Positions 1 to 15,832 of a DNA stretch of 64,000 bases are shown here, piece by piece (position 1 is the stretch's first letter; every line of letters starts with the position of its first letter). The position numbers and the translations under genes were made by a program. This DNA comes from the human T2T-CHM13v2.0 reference genome, Homo sapiens, in the NCBI RefSeq assembly GCF_009914755.1, contig NC_060930.1; one strand, given 5' to 3'. Below the pieces are notes generated by a model. The model was not told the origin of the DNA. It did not search any database and was given only the letters and a program-made list of their open reading frames with translations.

Positions 1-274
1 CATCCATTAAATGTGATATATATAACCAACCTGACTTTTATTACTTCCTTGCATTTTTAAGAATTATTTTATCACCAATTATTTTATTCCTAAACACCAT
101 TGTTTACCTATGTCTGAACGTTATATAAATAGAATCACATCTCTAGTATTTTTTTCTATGTTTTTCCTTAATAATATTCTATAAATTTCATTCTTGTTTT
201 TGTAGATAGTTCATCCCTTTCTGTTTTTATATAGTATGTCATAACATAAACATACTGTAACATATTTATCCTTT

Positions 275-1153
<879 letters not shown>

Positions 1154-2267
1154 CATTTTAGGTTAATGAAGATTTGTGTTTTTGTTTACTTCTAGGGCGC
1201 TTCTTGTACATTTCTTCTGATGCATATGTGCTTACATTGCTGAGTCATAAATTATGGATATGTCATGGGTCTGGCTTTGTTCAATATGATGTTGGTGAGA
1301 TAGATCCATGTACTCATAGCTCATTTTCACTGTGCTGTACTGTTCCATGGTTTGGACCCCTACAATTTATTTATCCGTCCTACTGTCAATTGACCTTTTT
1401 TTCAAGTTTTGCCTATTATAAACTACATTTTTGGAGATTTTTCCACATATCTCAGTGCACATTTGCACTGGATATACATACAGAAATGAAATGTTGAGTC
1501 CTATGATATGCATAATTTATTAGATAATTTTATTAGATACCCCCCAAATTTTCAGATAGTATCGTGCACCTGCAGCATACATTAAGTTCCTGTTGCTTCA
1601 ACTTCTTTCCAAAATTTAATATGGTCAGGCTTTTAAATTTCACTATTTTCCTGGGTGTTAATGGGTCAAAATTGCTTATTTATTCTGTAAATACCTGATT
1701 AGTAATGCTGTTAAGTCCTTTTTATATTATTATTACTATTCAATATTTCATTTTGTGAAATGCCTCTTCAAATCACTTGATTTTTGTTTTTCTGTTCCTT
1801 TCTTACTGCTGTGTAGTAGTTCTTTCTATATTTTGACAAGCTCTTTGTTGATTCCATGTGTTATAAACACAATTCCCCTACACTGTAACTTGCCATTTGA
1901 ACCTCTGAATCTCTTAATAACTTGAGGAACAAAAGATTTTTGTTTTAATGAATCCAAATTTATTTATATGTGTGTATCTGTGTCATATATTATATATGTA
2001 CATATGTGTTAGTGTTTTGTGGGTTTTTTACAAATCTTCTGCTCCCTAGAAGTCATAAAGATATCTCCCTTTATTAACATTTAGAAGCTATCTTGTTCTA
2101 CCTTTTACATTTAGATCTAAAATGCACCTAGAACTGATATTTATGTATAGTGGGAGGGAAAATCCCCTGGAATATCTATCTATCTATCTTTCTCTCTCTC
2201 TTTCTCTCAATTCATTTATCTAGAGATAAGTACATTCATTTTGGTATTAAAATGACCAAGCACTTGG

Positions 2268-2570
2268 TGGGGCGCAGTGGCTCATGCCTGTAATCCCAGC
2301 ACTTTGGGAGGATGAGGCAAGTGGATCACTTGAGGTCAGGAGTTCGAGACCAGCCTGCCTAACATGGTGAAAGCCTATCTCTACTAAAAATACAAAAAAT
2401 TAGCTGGGCGTGGTGGCACACACCTGTAGTCCCAGCTACTCAGGAGGCTGAGGCTCGAGAACTGCTTGAACCCCAGGGGGCAGAGGTTGCAGTGAGCTGA
2501 GGTTGTGCCACTCTGCTCCAGCCTGGGCGACAGAGCGAAACTCTGTCTCAAAAAAAAAGAAAAAGAAAAA
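2268..2570 (+). mobile_element. Alu (S-type)
   Basis: Dimeric Alu with A-tail. Confidence 0.95.
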
Positions 2571-2842
2571 GGCCAATCACCACTTGTTGAAAAAAACCAT
2601 CTTTTCCCTCTTTGCTCTGCACTTACTTTTTCTATCACCAGATGCCCATATATGTGGTCCTTTTCATTTCTCCACTCTCTTCCTCCTGTCTATTTATCTA
2701 ACTTTATAATCTCCCACACTCTTATTTACTATAGCTTTATAAGTCTTGAAATGTGGTAACAGAAAACTTGACCTATTCTTCCCCTTCAAGATTTGCTTGT
2801 TCTGTATTGCCTCTCTGTACTTACATATACATTTTGGAATTA

Positions 2843-3260
<418 letters not shown>

Positions 3261-3696
3261 AAATAATGAAATCTTACAATGTATATATTACCTTTCAATT
3301 ATTTAGATTTTCTCTAGTTTATCTCAATAGCATCATACTATTTTTCTACATAGAAATATGGCCAACATTTCACTAGGTATATTTCAGATATCTTTTGGTT
3401 TTTGCGCTACTACGTGTGATATTATTTTTTAATTTTTATTTTATTAATACATTACAATTCAACTCATTTCTTATATCTGTTATAGAAAGCCTGATATTGG
3501 TCCATTGTGTGGATGCTGATATAAGGAGAAGCAGGCCTGCAGTTAGAAACATCGTATTAGGAAGAGTTAGCCTCACATCAGGTGATGCAGGATACACATA
3601 TGTGTACAAGACCATAGACCACTAGGAAAACTCAGTCTAAGTTATGACTGAGGCTTCCCTGCTCAACCAGCATGCCTCTTTCATGAAGGATCTAAG

Positions 3697-3913
3697 CAGT
3701 GGTCCTCAACCCACGGTGATTTTGCCCCATTAGGAGACATTTGACAATGTGTAGAGACATTCTTGTTGTCACAACTGGAGAGGAGATGCTACTGGTATCC
3801 AGTGGATAAAGGCCAGGGATGCTTCCAAACATCCTCCAATGCAAAGGACAGCTCCCCACAACAAATAATTTTCCAGCCCAAAATGCCAATAGCTTCAAAT
3901 TTGAGAAACTCTG
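3697..3913 (+). mobile_element. MER20 (hAT-Charlie) DNA transposon
   Basis: CAGTGGTCCTCAAC...GGAGACATTTGACAATG...AGGCCAGGGATGCT...TTGAGAAACTCTG. Confidence 0.9.
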
Positions 3914-4490
3914 ATACACTACGATATATATTAATATATAAACATATATAGAGAGAAAATATATCAAATGACAATTTTACTCTCTTTTGGATCAATACCC
4001 AACTCCTTTGCTGACATTCAAGACCCTCCATGCCCTCTACTTACCTTACTGCTCCTTAGAGTGAAGTTACAGTCTTGCTCACCCATGTCATATGAATTTC
4101 TATCTCCAATACATTTCTTAGGATCTTTATGTAACCTACCATGCACCTTTAGCTTTGACTAATGTATACTTCTTCAAAGACTATTTCCAGGTCTACCCTT
4201 CTACATAGACTATAGAGAAAAGTGATTATTTGCTTCTCTCAACTCTGATATGTGATGCTTCCTCATATACCCAGCTAATAGGACATTTGCCCAGGTTTAC
4301 CTTCTTTTGGATGATAGTTCTCAAACTACCCCACTCAGTTGGATAGAGTTGATCTGCTTCTGTCAAATATATACAGAAATATGTAGATCTCTTTTTCTAG
4401 CACATGATATCACTGAATAATAATTTGTTCCCAATGTGGTATCTTCTGATAAAATGAGAACTCTAGAAGTTTTTCTTCAAACAGAAAATA

Positions 4491-4850
4491 TGCTGTATGG
4501 ATTGCATGTTTGTGTCCCCCCCTAAATTCGCACATTGAAATCCTAACCTCCAATATCATGGTATTAGGAGGTGGGGCCTTTGGGAGGTAATTAGACCATG
4601 AGGGTGGAGTCCTCTTGAATGGGATTAGCACCTTTGTAAAAGAGACTCCACAGGGCTCTCTAGCCTTCTTTCTGCCAGGTGAGAATACAATGAGAAGCCT
4701 GCAACCTGGAAGAGGGCCCTCACCAGAACCTGACCACACTGGCACCCTGATCTCAAACTTTGGCCTCCAGAACAGAGATAAATAAATTCCTATGGTTTAT
4801 AAACCACGCAGTCTATGGCTCTTGGTTATAGCAGCCTACACTGACTATAA
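4491..4850 (+). mobile_element. MaLR LTR (MLT1A0-like)
   Basis: GAAATCCTAACCTCCAAT..ATGGTATTAGGAGGTGGGGCCTTTGGGAGGT...GTTATAGCAGCC. Confidence 0.85.
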
Positions 4851-4875
4851 CATATACCAATCAAAACTAATTGTA

Positions 4876-5125
4876 GGCTGGGTGTGGTGGCTCATGTCTG
4901 TAATCCCAGCACTTTGGGAGGCCAAGGCAGGTGGATCACTCGAGATCACAAGCTGGAGTTTGAGACTAGCCTGGCCAACATGGTGAAACTGCGTCTCGAC
5001 TAAAAATACAAAAATTAGCCAGGCATGGTAGCAGGTGCCTGTAATCCCAGCTACTCAGGAGGCTGAGGCAGGAGAATTGCTTGAACCTGGGAGGTGGAGG
5101 TTGCAGTGAGCCAAGATGGCTCCAC
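4876..5125 (+). mobile_element. Alu, 3'-truncated
   Basis: Alu consensus ending after GAGCCAAGAT, no tail. Confidence 0.9.
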
Positions 5126-5820
5126 TTAATTGTATACTTATACACTGTGGTGTTCTCTTCCTCTTCTACACATTCTCCACTAAACAGCTTTAATGCAACC
5201 CATCCTGGGGCCATAGGAACAAACTCATGCTATTAGACACAACTTGAATCACGTATAATAATACTAACAGAATATTTAAAAACACTAACAGAGACCTAGA
5301 GTGACACAGAGACAGATTAGCACCTAGAGACACACCATCTGAGAAACAGACATGCCATAAAAGACACAATCACACCCCCACACATTACGAGGGCCAACAT
5401 GTACCAGACACTGTGCTAAGCCCTTCCTAGTCAAATTTACATAACATTCCCATAAAAAATTATGAGACAGGTACAAATAATTTCCACTTAAAAGTGAATA
5501 AATCCAAGGCACAAAAACATAATTTTCCCAAGGTCATCAGATGATAAATTGGGGTCGGGGTAGGAATTTTACCTGTCTGGTCTTTGACCTTAATTACTAC
5601 TCTGAAGTGTCCCCTTCCCCAAGTTATAATGAGGCTGGTTTCTTCTCTTTCTTCAGATCTCAGGTCTAAGAGGCCTTTCAAGATTCCACATTTAAAGAGC
5701 CAACATTGCCTTGCTTCATTGTTGTTAAGAACTCACGACTATTTGAAAGTATTTATTATCCTCTACTTTTGTATAGCTGGTTGCCCTTCCAAGAGTTAGG
5801 CAAGAGAGACTTCCTTCATC

Positions 5821-6405
<585 letters not shown>

Positions 6406-8596
6406 TCAGTGTAGAAATACAATAAGTATTTCTATGGCTATGGTTCAGGAAATCCATGTAACTGCTTGAATTGGGTGCAGGAACTGGCATTTTTACAGAT
6501 TTGCAGGGAGAATGTTCATAGATATTTCTAGATAAACAAATGGATCAATGTTTTTTACCTTTGCTCTCTCACCAAGTGAGCACTAGCTCCTTTTTATGTA
6601 GGATTTTTCCTTAGAACTTTCTCAGACTTGGTGATTCCCCAGCTCTTCTTACATAAACCTCCTCCTTAACTCCCTTTGCCTTATAGAAAGACATAGAGAG
6701 ACAATGTGTTTGTGAAAGCAGTCTGAAGATGTGGATCCTCATGGTGGACTCACCGCCCACTGTGTCTTGTTTCTCCTTTCATTCCAGGCTTCTAGTTCCT
6801 AATTTTTCTCATAAGCAAAATATTATAAACCGTTCAGATTCTTGAAGCAATAGCAAAATAATTCATACAAAATTATTTGTAGGTTCTCAAAAGCAAGAGA
6901 AGTGCCTCTCACATTCAGATGATATGTCCCTCTCACATTCAGAAACAGACACACAAGAAGGCATCAAGCACAGAACAGGAATTGAAGTTATTGCCAGGAC
7001 TAGTGTCTTTTGGAACTCAATTGCCTTAATACAGGTCCAGGAAAATGTATACCCACAAAATAAGCATATCCCTACAACCAGCAGACTAGGTGGAAATGGT
7101 AAGAGGAAATGTTTTGGGAACTCACTTCTACAACTCCCCTGATGTGGTTCTTAAGTGTGGTGGCATATCCAGAATGGATGATATGACCAGGCATCTGCTT
7201 CACCAATACTGGGGCCTATTGCTGAGTTGGGAACAGAGTTAGGGAAATTACATATTCTCCTGGGATACAAATACTAGATAAGTAATTAGATTATTTGATA
7301 TAATTTTCCTTTGTGTTGTGGAGAACGAAATGAGGCCATAAGTACATAAACAAGGGAGGTCCTTAACCTGGGAGGTCAGGAGAAATATCCCAGGGTAGGT
7401 GGCATCAAAGCCATAAACTGAAGGAATGAGAAGATGTGGAGGCATAAATATTCAATACTTTTTGACCAACATCTGTCTGATAGGATCAAGTCCCTACTCT
7501 GGAGAAGTCTCCATCTTATTGGGAGTTACTTTTTCAACTTTACATAGTAGAAATATTTTCTAGTTTGTCATTTGTTTTCTATCCTTATTTGCTGATATCT
7601 GTTAAAACATTTTAAATGCATACATACTAAACTTTCCTTTTTGTGTTTTTATTATGTTCAGAATGAAATGCAAAACACAAATCAAAAGAAGTAGTTTTCT
7701 GTATTTTTCAACCTGAAGAAATTATATTACCATTGCATGCATCAAGTCTTTCCTTTTCAACATTAAATGCATTGTTACTGTTTGCACACTTCCTATACAA
7801 AATAGGTGCTAAGAAAAATTTGGGGTGATAGAACATATATAACCTGCAAAAGTACCACTCACAAATCCTATAGTCCTATATAGGCTGTTTATTTTTATTG
7901 ACTTTTTAATGGAAATCCAGTCAAAGGAGAAAGCAGTTGAGATGGGTGTGGCAGAATGTGAGTGAAAGATGTGATCTCACCAGTCCCAACAAAAGGAGAA
8001 CATCAGACCAGAGCCCTTCAGGTGCACTTGGGAGGCTTCAAAGTTGGATGCCTGAGGAGAGCTCCTCAGTGTAAAAGAAGATGAGTTTTAATTCTTGCAT
8101 TATTTCTATGTTTTATTAGAAGTCACTTCAATGAGGGATATGTGTTTATTATGGGGAACTTTTTTTTTCTTTTAAAGACTAAGTAGACAGACTAGGAAGT
8201 ATAGGAATTGTCTCACATCATTTTTTTAAATGAAATTCCTCTGCCCCCTAAACCTTGAACATTCTTTGGATAAAACATTACTAAGGATTCTGGGGAGTTG
8301 TCCTTAAAAATATAAATGCTTGTATCACATCATGGAACTATTTAATGTTATGTCAATATTATTTGTTGGACCTAGACTAAAATGGAAAGTCATAGAAACA
8401 TGGACCATAGTTTATAGAGCTTAAAAATCTTATAAGGCACTCAGGTGTTAGGCAAAAATGACACTAAAGAATAGTATAATTATAAGTAGATGTGGTTAAT
8501 TAAATAAAAACAAGACTGGCCCCTTTCTAAAGCAGTTATTTATAGGTATGAATCATATTTCACTTGTAATCTCTTGCTAGCATTTAAAAAAAATTT

Positions 8597-8795
8597 CCCC
8601 CAGAGGAGGATGCACCATTTTGGAAGTACTGCAATACCAAGATGATGTGTGGAGTGGACAGAGGAAGTTGCTATTCTATCTCCTACTTCCAAAAGTCCAT
8701 TTAATATATTGTTCCTTGGATACAGGATATATCAGATATTAAATTGATAAGAACAAACATTACACTTGATGTTAGCCAAAAGGCCGAGAAGCAAT
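8597..8795 (-). pseudogene. Full-length U2 snRNA pseudogene
   Basis: Reverse complement reads ATTGCTTCTCGGCCTTTTGGCTAACATCAAGTGTAATG...GGTATTGCAGTACTTCC...GGTGCATCC, colinear with U2 throughout, with many substitutions. Confidence 0.93.
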
Positions 8796-8831
8796 TTCTG
8801 TTATATTTAACTCCTAATTTTGGCCTAAGTA

Positions 8832-9165
8832 CTGTCAAAGTCAAAATAAAATATAGAGATGAATCTCTAAACATTTTATTTGGGAATCACAAAATTGCAA
8901 TTCGAGACATATGCACAGACTGGGTTGGTCCTCTGTATGTCTGAAGAACAGAGAAAGTTGGAGATTTTACTAGAAAGAGAAACGTTATATATTGTTTTGA
9001 AAGAAAGCTAATTGGCACTAGAGAAGCTCTTGGGAGCTGGCAAGCTCTGACCTGCAAGTGACAGTAGTAAGTAAAATGTCTTAGAGTCACCAAAAGTCAT
9101 TTCAGCAGCTACTAGGTAAAACTAGTCTTAGGAATAAAGCAAGCCATTTCAGCAGCTGAGCTTAT
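8832..9165 (-). mobile_element. ERV1 (MER4-group) LTR fragment
   Basis: Begins TGTCAAAGTCAAAATAAAATATAGAGATGAATCTC; minus-strand AATAAA near 8876. Confidence 0.55.
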
Positions 9166-9849
9166 GGAAAAGGTAAGAACCACATGAATGATGGTAGAGA
9201 TCCCTTTACTGAATTCCATTAGCGGGGACAAAAGAGGTCTTTACCAGGAAAAACTGTCTGGAATGGTAGAGCAGAAAAATTACCATTAAGAAGAAGAAAA
9301 TTTATGCTTTTATGCTGACCCACAGCATCATATTTCCACCTCTGGCTGCATGTTGGTTCTTTTAAATAGGTAGTGGAGGTCTTCTACCAGTTCACAAGTG
9401 TAGGTATGCTGGTCAAGTGTGCTCAGCTAATAACTCCATGAAGTTTAACATTCCAAAGGATTCGTTAACAGCACCTAATAAGAACCTTTTTAAAACAGCT
9501 AGAAGTGGTGATACTAGGAGCTGCAAGATTTTACAACCTTGTGATTTTTATAGTTTTAATAAACCCCAGCAATAAGCCAGTGTCTTAAACTAGGATTTGA
9601 TTCTGTTCACATTTGTCAGAAAGAGTTAAGAGACCCAAAATATTTTGTTGATACAGAACTACAGGTCATTGTAACCGATAGTTACTTATTTAACCAAAAT
9701 GATCATCAAAAGACTTTAAAGGCAATACAGAAAGTTACACAGATGTAAAAACCTTAATCCTTGTAAATTTCAGTTTTTGTTAAGCAGTCACAAACCTAAT
9801 AAAGAAAACACAGGAACTATCTTGATAATATTTAAAACCAGGCTTCTCA

Positions 9850-10180
<331 letters not shown>

Positions 10181-10304
10181 CTAAAAGCACTTCTGAGATA
10201 TGAATCTGAGTTTTCAAAAAAAAAAAAAAAAGCTATAGAATTGAAAAGCAAAATTTTTATTAATTTCATTAAGAACAAATCAATACCTTAAGAAAACCTT
10301 GTTT

Positions 10305-10623
10305 TTTTTGTTTGTTTTTTGGTTTTTGGTTTTTAGTTTTTTTGAGATGGAGTCTCGCTCTGTCACTCAGGCTGGAGTGCAGTGACGCAATCTCAGCTCA
10401 CTGCGGCCTCTGCCTCCTGGGTTCAAGTGATTCTCCTGCCTCAGCCTCCTGAGCAGCTGGGACTAGAGGCGCGCACCACCATGCCCTGCTAATTTTTGTA
10501 TTTTTAGTAGAGATGGGGTTTCACCATATTGGCCAGGCTGGTCTCAAACTCCTGACCTCGTGATCCACCTGCCTTGGCCTCCCAAAGTGCTGGGATTACA
10601 GGTGCAACCCACTGTGCCTGGCC
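10305..10623 (-). mobile_element. Alu
   Basis: Antisense Alu; target-site duplication AAAACCTTGTTTT. Confidence 0.95.
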
Positions 10624-13205
10624 ATAAAACCTTGTTTTAAAAGAGGGGACCATTCTTTAGAAAGACTATTATAAACAGTTCCCTTTTAATTATTCCTAAG
10701 AATCATATACAAAATTCCTTTTATATATTCCCCTTCACAAACCTTGTCACAACTTACAAAGACCATCTGTGATATGCTTGGACTTTCTGACTTGTCCTAT
10801 ACTACCTCTTCCTTAAATACCTAGTAATTTGACTCTAGAACAAGAGTTTACCATATAAGATTTTCTTTTCATACTGCAATAGTCCTCTCATATTGATTTT
10901 TTAAAATTGAAGATCCTTTTTCATATACAGTTATGCTCTTTTCTTTATAACCTTCCTTTATACAATCATTCTTTATGACCTTCCTTACCAAAAATACATC
11001 TCCACATCCATAACTTTCTTCACATCTCTCTCCTACTTATAGATTCCTTATTTCATAGCCTTTTCTAATCCATAATTTGAATCAACCTTTATATAGTTTC
11101 TGAATTTGACAAAATTATTATCTCAATAAGAACACATTTTAACTAAATATTTTTATTTGCCACTTCAAAAGTTACCTAAGCCTCTTCCATGGAGATGGTA
11201 AGGTGTCCAGTGGGAGCTGTGGGGGACCTTGGGCCCGGTCGGTCTTGTTTTCTTGGCCATTATGGGTTTGGGTAGCCTAGGCTCCCTTTGAAGCTTGGAA
11301 CAGTCCCTTTTTCAATGGCCCTCTTGCTTACAGAAGGCACAGTGATATTGGCCCTGGGGCCAGCAAGTTCGGGGCTCTCATCTGGGCATCTGAGATGCTG
11401 ATCTCAAATCTCCTCAGGCTGGCTAACCCTGAGGTGGGAGAGGGTGCTTAAAGTAGTCACTAACAATTGCATTTTGGATATTATTTCTTTTGGTTCTCTC
11501 TGCCTGTTTTGACCTGTGCCTATTGTTGTAAACTGGAAAGGCCATATTTAAAAATTGGCTTATAGGAGTTTGCGTTTCCCCTTTCTGCCTGTTATAGCTT
11601 CCTCCTAACATCAAGGACAGACTGAGTGATAAAAGAGTTTGCCTTTCTGGGGAGTCTGTCCTGCAATATTTCCTGAGTGCCTCAACCAAACAGCCCTGAC
11701 TAGAATAGGATTTTTATCCTCCCCTACAGTTACTTCTCTAACCTTGTCATAATTAACTGGATTAAGCACACTTTCATATCTTCTATTAAACAAGTTACCT
11801 ATGATTTCTACATTTGAGATCTCAGGAACCCCTCTGGTAATCCCATGGGGGTCCAAATCTGGAAGTACACTCCCACATACAATAAATGGCATGATCCTGG
11901 TTACAAGCAGCCATTCCATCAGCATATGCCCAGGCAGTATTCAAAAATCCCTTGTTTCTCCTCTACAGCACAGCAGGTGGACACTATTTGCAAGTCATGC
12001 CAAGTTACATCAAACTATAAACTTCCCTGGATCCTCTGATACCAGCCAATGTTTCCCTTGCATGAAGCTAAATCAGACATGGAAAAAGGCACAAGTACTG
12101 TTCCCGCCATTAGCAACGTCTCAACCTCTCACAATAGATGTAAGTTTGATTTTAAGGGCTGATAGGACTTTATCACTCCTGATTAGACTGGTTGGACTTA
12201 TTTCCTCAGGCAGTATGGCATATAGGCTGGAGCTAGTTGGTTAAAGCAGAGGGGTGCCTGATGAACTTGGGATGGAATCCTGTAGTGGAGAACTGGCAGG
12301 ACCCCCTTCCTCATATTAAGGCACCAAGGAGGCTCCAGGGAGAGTGAACCATTTTTAGGCCAAATTTCTTGGGAAATTAATTTGTACTAAACACTGTTAT
12401 AATAGAAGATGAGTTTTTAAGACATCAAATTTGAATTTGCTTTAGTTGCCTAAAAGGCACCCTAGCAGGAAGTGTTTCAGGACGCTCACTGTTGTTATGT
12501 CTACCAGAGATACCTACTAAACCCAGAAATTCTTCCAAGTCCAGAGAGTCCAGTTACTTTTCCTTTCAAATTTCCACCTCCCTTTTCTTCAAGAGCAGTA
12601 GGGAAATTACCACTGACTCCTGCCAAAAGAACATGGGTATCAAGAAGTAGGTGCCACAAAAGTGAAAGATGAGTGGGCAGTGGGCTGGCAACTACCATCA
12701 CTAGCTAATGGAATGTTACAAAGAAGGCACTTTAAGTATGGAAGTAAAAAAACGCTGACCAAATTAAGAACCCTTAGTGGAAATTTAAACCCCAATCTTA
12801 GAAAGGTGACCAAAAAACAAAGCCCCTAGGGCAGGACTCTCAATTCTAACGCCACGTAGAGTGGGACTGACAATAACCCAATAAATTCCCCCTAGAGTGG
12901 GACTCTAACCCAATCCTAGAAGGAACATGGCTCTGACATACAACCATGCATTTAGGAACTGAATGGTAATATCAAGTAGCCAGTCATTAGAGATTTAATA
13001 GACGATGGTCAAAAACGGGGCAATGGGGACATAATCTGAACATGGGACTAGCTGGAGGCCCCACTTTCATTTCCTGGTTTACCCAGAAAGGTCAATATGA
13101 CAGGGAAATCACAGAAACCACATGGTGCCAATTGGCCATTAATTTGGGTCCAGGCAAAGGTTTCCAAAGCTTCAGTGTACAACCAGTTAGTCACCAAGAA
13201 AACAT

Positions 13206-13221
13206 GGCTCTGAAAAGAGCC
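13206..13221 (-). other. Orphan perfect histone-type stem-loop inside the ERV leader
   Basis: Minus strand CCAAA-GGCTCTTTTCAGAGCC-A; no histone ORF upstream. Confidence 0.8.
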
Positions 13222-13326
13222 TTTGGCTAGTATATAGCATTACAGTATCACAACTCCAAACTTTATCTTGATGGTCAACCCGCTCATCTTGATGCTCCCT
13301 TCATGGTCTCTTCATTTTGATGGTTC

Positions 13327-13344
13327 CTTCCTTCAGGGTCACCA
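13327..13344 (-). other. Degenerate primer-binding site, probably tRNA-Arg type
   Basis: TGGTGACCCTGAAGGAAG, 3 nt after the LTR terminal ...TGTCA; resembles TGGCGACCACGAAGGGAC, the complement of the tRNA-Arg(TCG) 3' end. Confidence 0.6.
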
Positions 13345-13473
13345 GGCTGACACAGGTGAACCCCAAAATTGGGACTTAACCCTGGAGGGCTTTTGGCTTC
13401 AGAGTTAATTTAAAAACACTTCCTAGACCAATAGTGTACAGCAAACTGCTCCATAAACAAAGGGCGACCTGTG

Positions 13474-13860
13474 TGCTAACCCACAGGCAGCACAGCCTGT
13501 AGTAGTAGTATACAGAAAAGTGGGTGCTCCACAGAGCACAAGCTAACCCACAGGCAGAGCAGCCAAGTAGCAGCATGCAGCAAAGTGGGCGCTCCACACA
13601 GCACAAGCTAACGCACAGGCAGAGCAGCCCAGAGTAGCAGCATGCAGCATAATAGGTGCTCCACAGAGCAAGGCTCACCCATAGAGCATCCCAGAGTAGC
13701 AGCATAGTACAGCAAAGCGGGTGCTCCACAAAGCAAGGCTAACCCATAGGCAGAGAAGCCTACAGCAACTGTGTACAGCAAGGTGGATGCTGCAGAAAGC
13801 ACAACTAACCCACAGGCAGAACAGCCCAGAATAGCAGTGTACAGCAAAGTGGATGCTCCA
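13474..13860. repeat. Minisatellite, about 66-bp unit, about 6 diverged copies
   Basis: Recurring GCTAACCCACAGGCAGAGCAGCC...CAGCAAAGTGGGTGCTCCACAGAGCACAA. Confidence 0.9.
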
Positions 13861-14153
13861 CCAGTAGAACAGACAGGAAGGGCAGGAGCAGTGTTCAGCA
13901 ACAGGAGCAGTCCAGAGCAGGAGTCAGAGCAGGAGCCAGAACTGAAGAAAGAGCCACAGTAAAGCACACAGGCTAGCTATATTTATACCCACTATTAATT
14001 ATATGCTAATTAAGTAGTGTGTTATTCAGAATTTTCTAGAAAAGGGGTGGGGGGAGCTCCCAGAACCCTATAGGGTAACTTCTGAGTCATGTCCATGGCA
14101 TTTGTAAACTGTCATGGCGCCGATGGGAGTGTCTTTATTCTAATGAGCTGTGA

Positions 14154-14800
<647 letters not shown>

Positions 14801-15067
14801 GCTGAGGTTTTTTTGTTGTTTTTTTTTTACTGCATCCTGTTTTTGATCAGCATGGTCATTACCGGTGCTTGGAAAAGAAGTCCTGCTGATCTCCTACCTC
14901 ACTTTGGAAAATTCTTTTCAAGATTAAGTATATGACTATTTATAAAGAACTTAGTACAGTGAGACCAATGATCAATTATTTAAAGTTGTTTTACTCTTGT
15001 TAGTGTCATTATTAAATTTTTTAATTCTTTTCATTATTCCGTATCCCATGTTGTTGTATTTTCACAG

Positions 15068-15286
15068 TGAATATGAGTCTGCATCCAGTTATGGCCAATG
15101 ACTTCATATTCTTTTGTGATCTATGGAGTTTCAGATGTGAGTACATTCAGACAAGACAAGACCATCACAAACCACTGAGATATATTCATCTCTGCTGCTT
15201 GTGACCTGGGGTCCTCCTTCTTCCCCTCTGACTGCCACTATTGGGAGGCAGAAGTAGGAAGAACAACAGAATGGGCTGTGGGTGTA
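15068..15286 (+). pseudogene. PRY/SPRY (B30.2) domain exon relic of TRIM/RFPL/BTN type
   Basis: After acceptor TTTTCACAG it reads (V)NMSLHPVMANDFIFFCDL..., then after a frameshift CDLGSSFFPSDCHYWEAEVGRTTEWAVGV, matching B30.2 motifs (V)TLD..TAN and CVLG...F.SG.HYWEVEVG...W.VGV. Confidence 0.8.
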
Positions 15287-15458
15287 ATTTTATCATTTTT
15301 TTTTAGAATTACTTTTTTTTTTTTTTACATTTTTGCTTTTAAAAATAGTTTTGCTAAAGTATAATTGGCATATGATAAACTGCACATAAAGTATACATGT
15401 TAATGAGTGTGACATAAGTATTCATATGAACCCGTTACCCTAATCAAGACACTGAACT

Positions 15459-15832
<374 letters not shown>

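Noticed and set aside
7900-8090. KENIRP peptide resembling the post-RING segment of TRIM proteins
   Set aside because: Too short, and no flanking Cys/His pattern was recognisable; it needs an HMM search before being linked to the B30.2 relic.
13376-13967. Cys/Leu-rich ORFs and a repeat array superficially like a CRISPR
   Set aside because: Contiguous tandem minisatellite without unique spacers, in a eukaryotic LTR; the ORFs are repeat translations.
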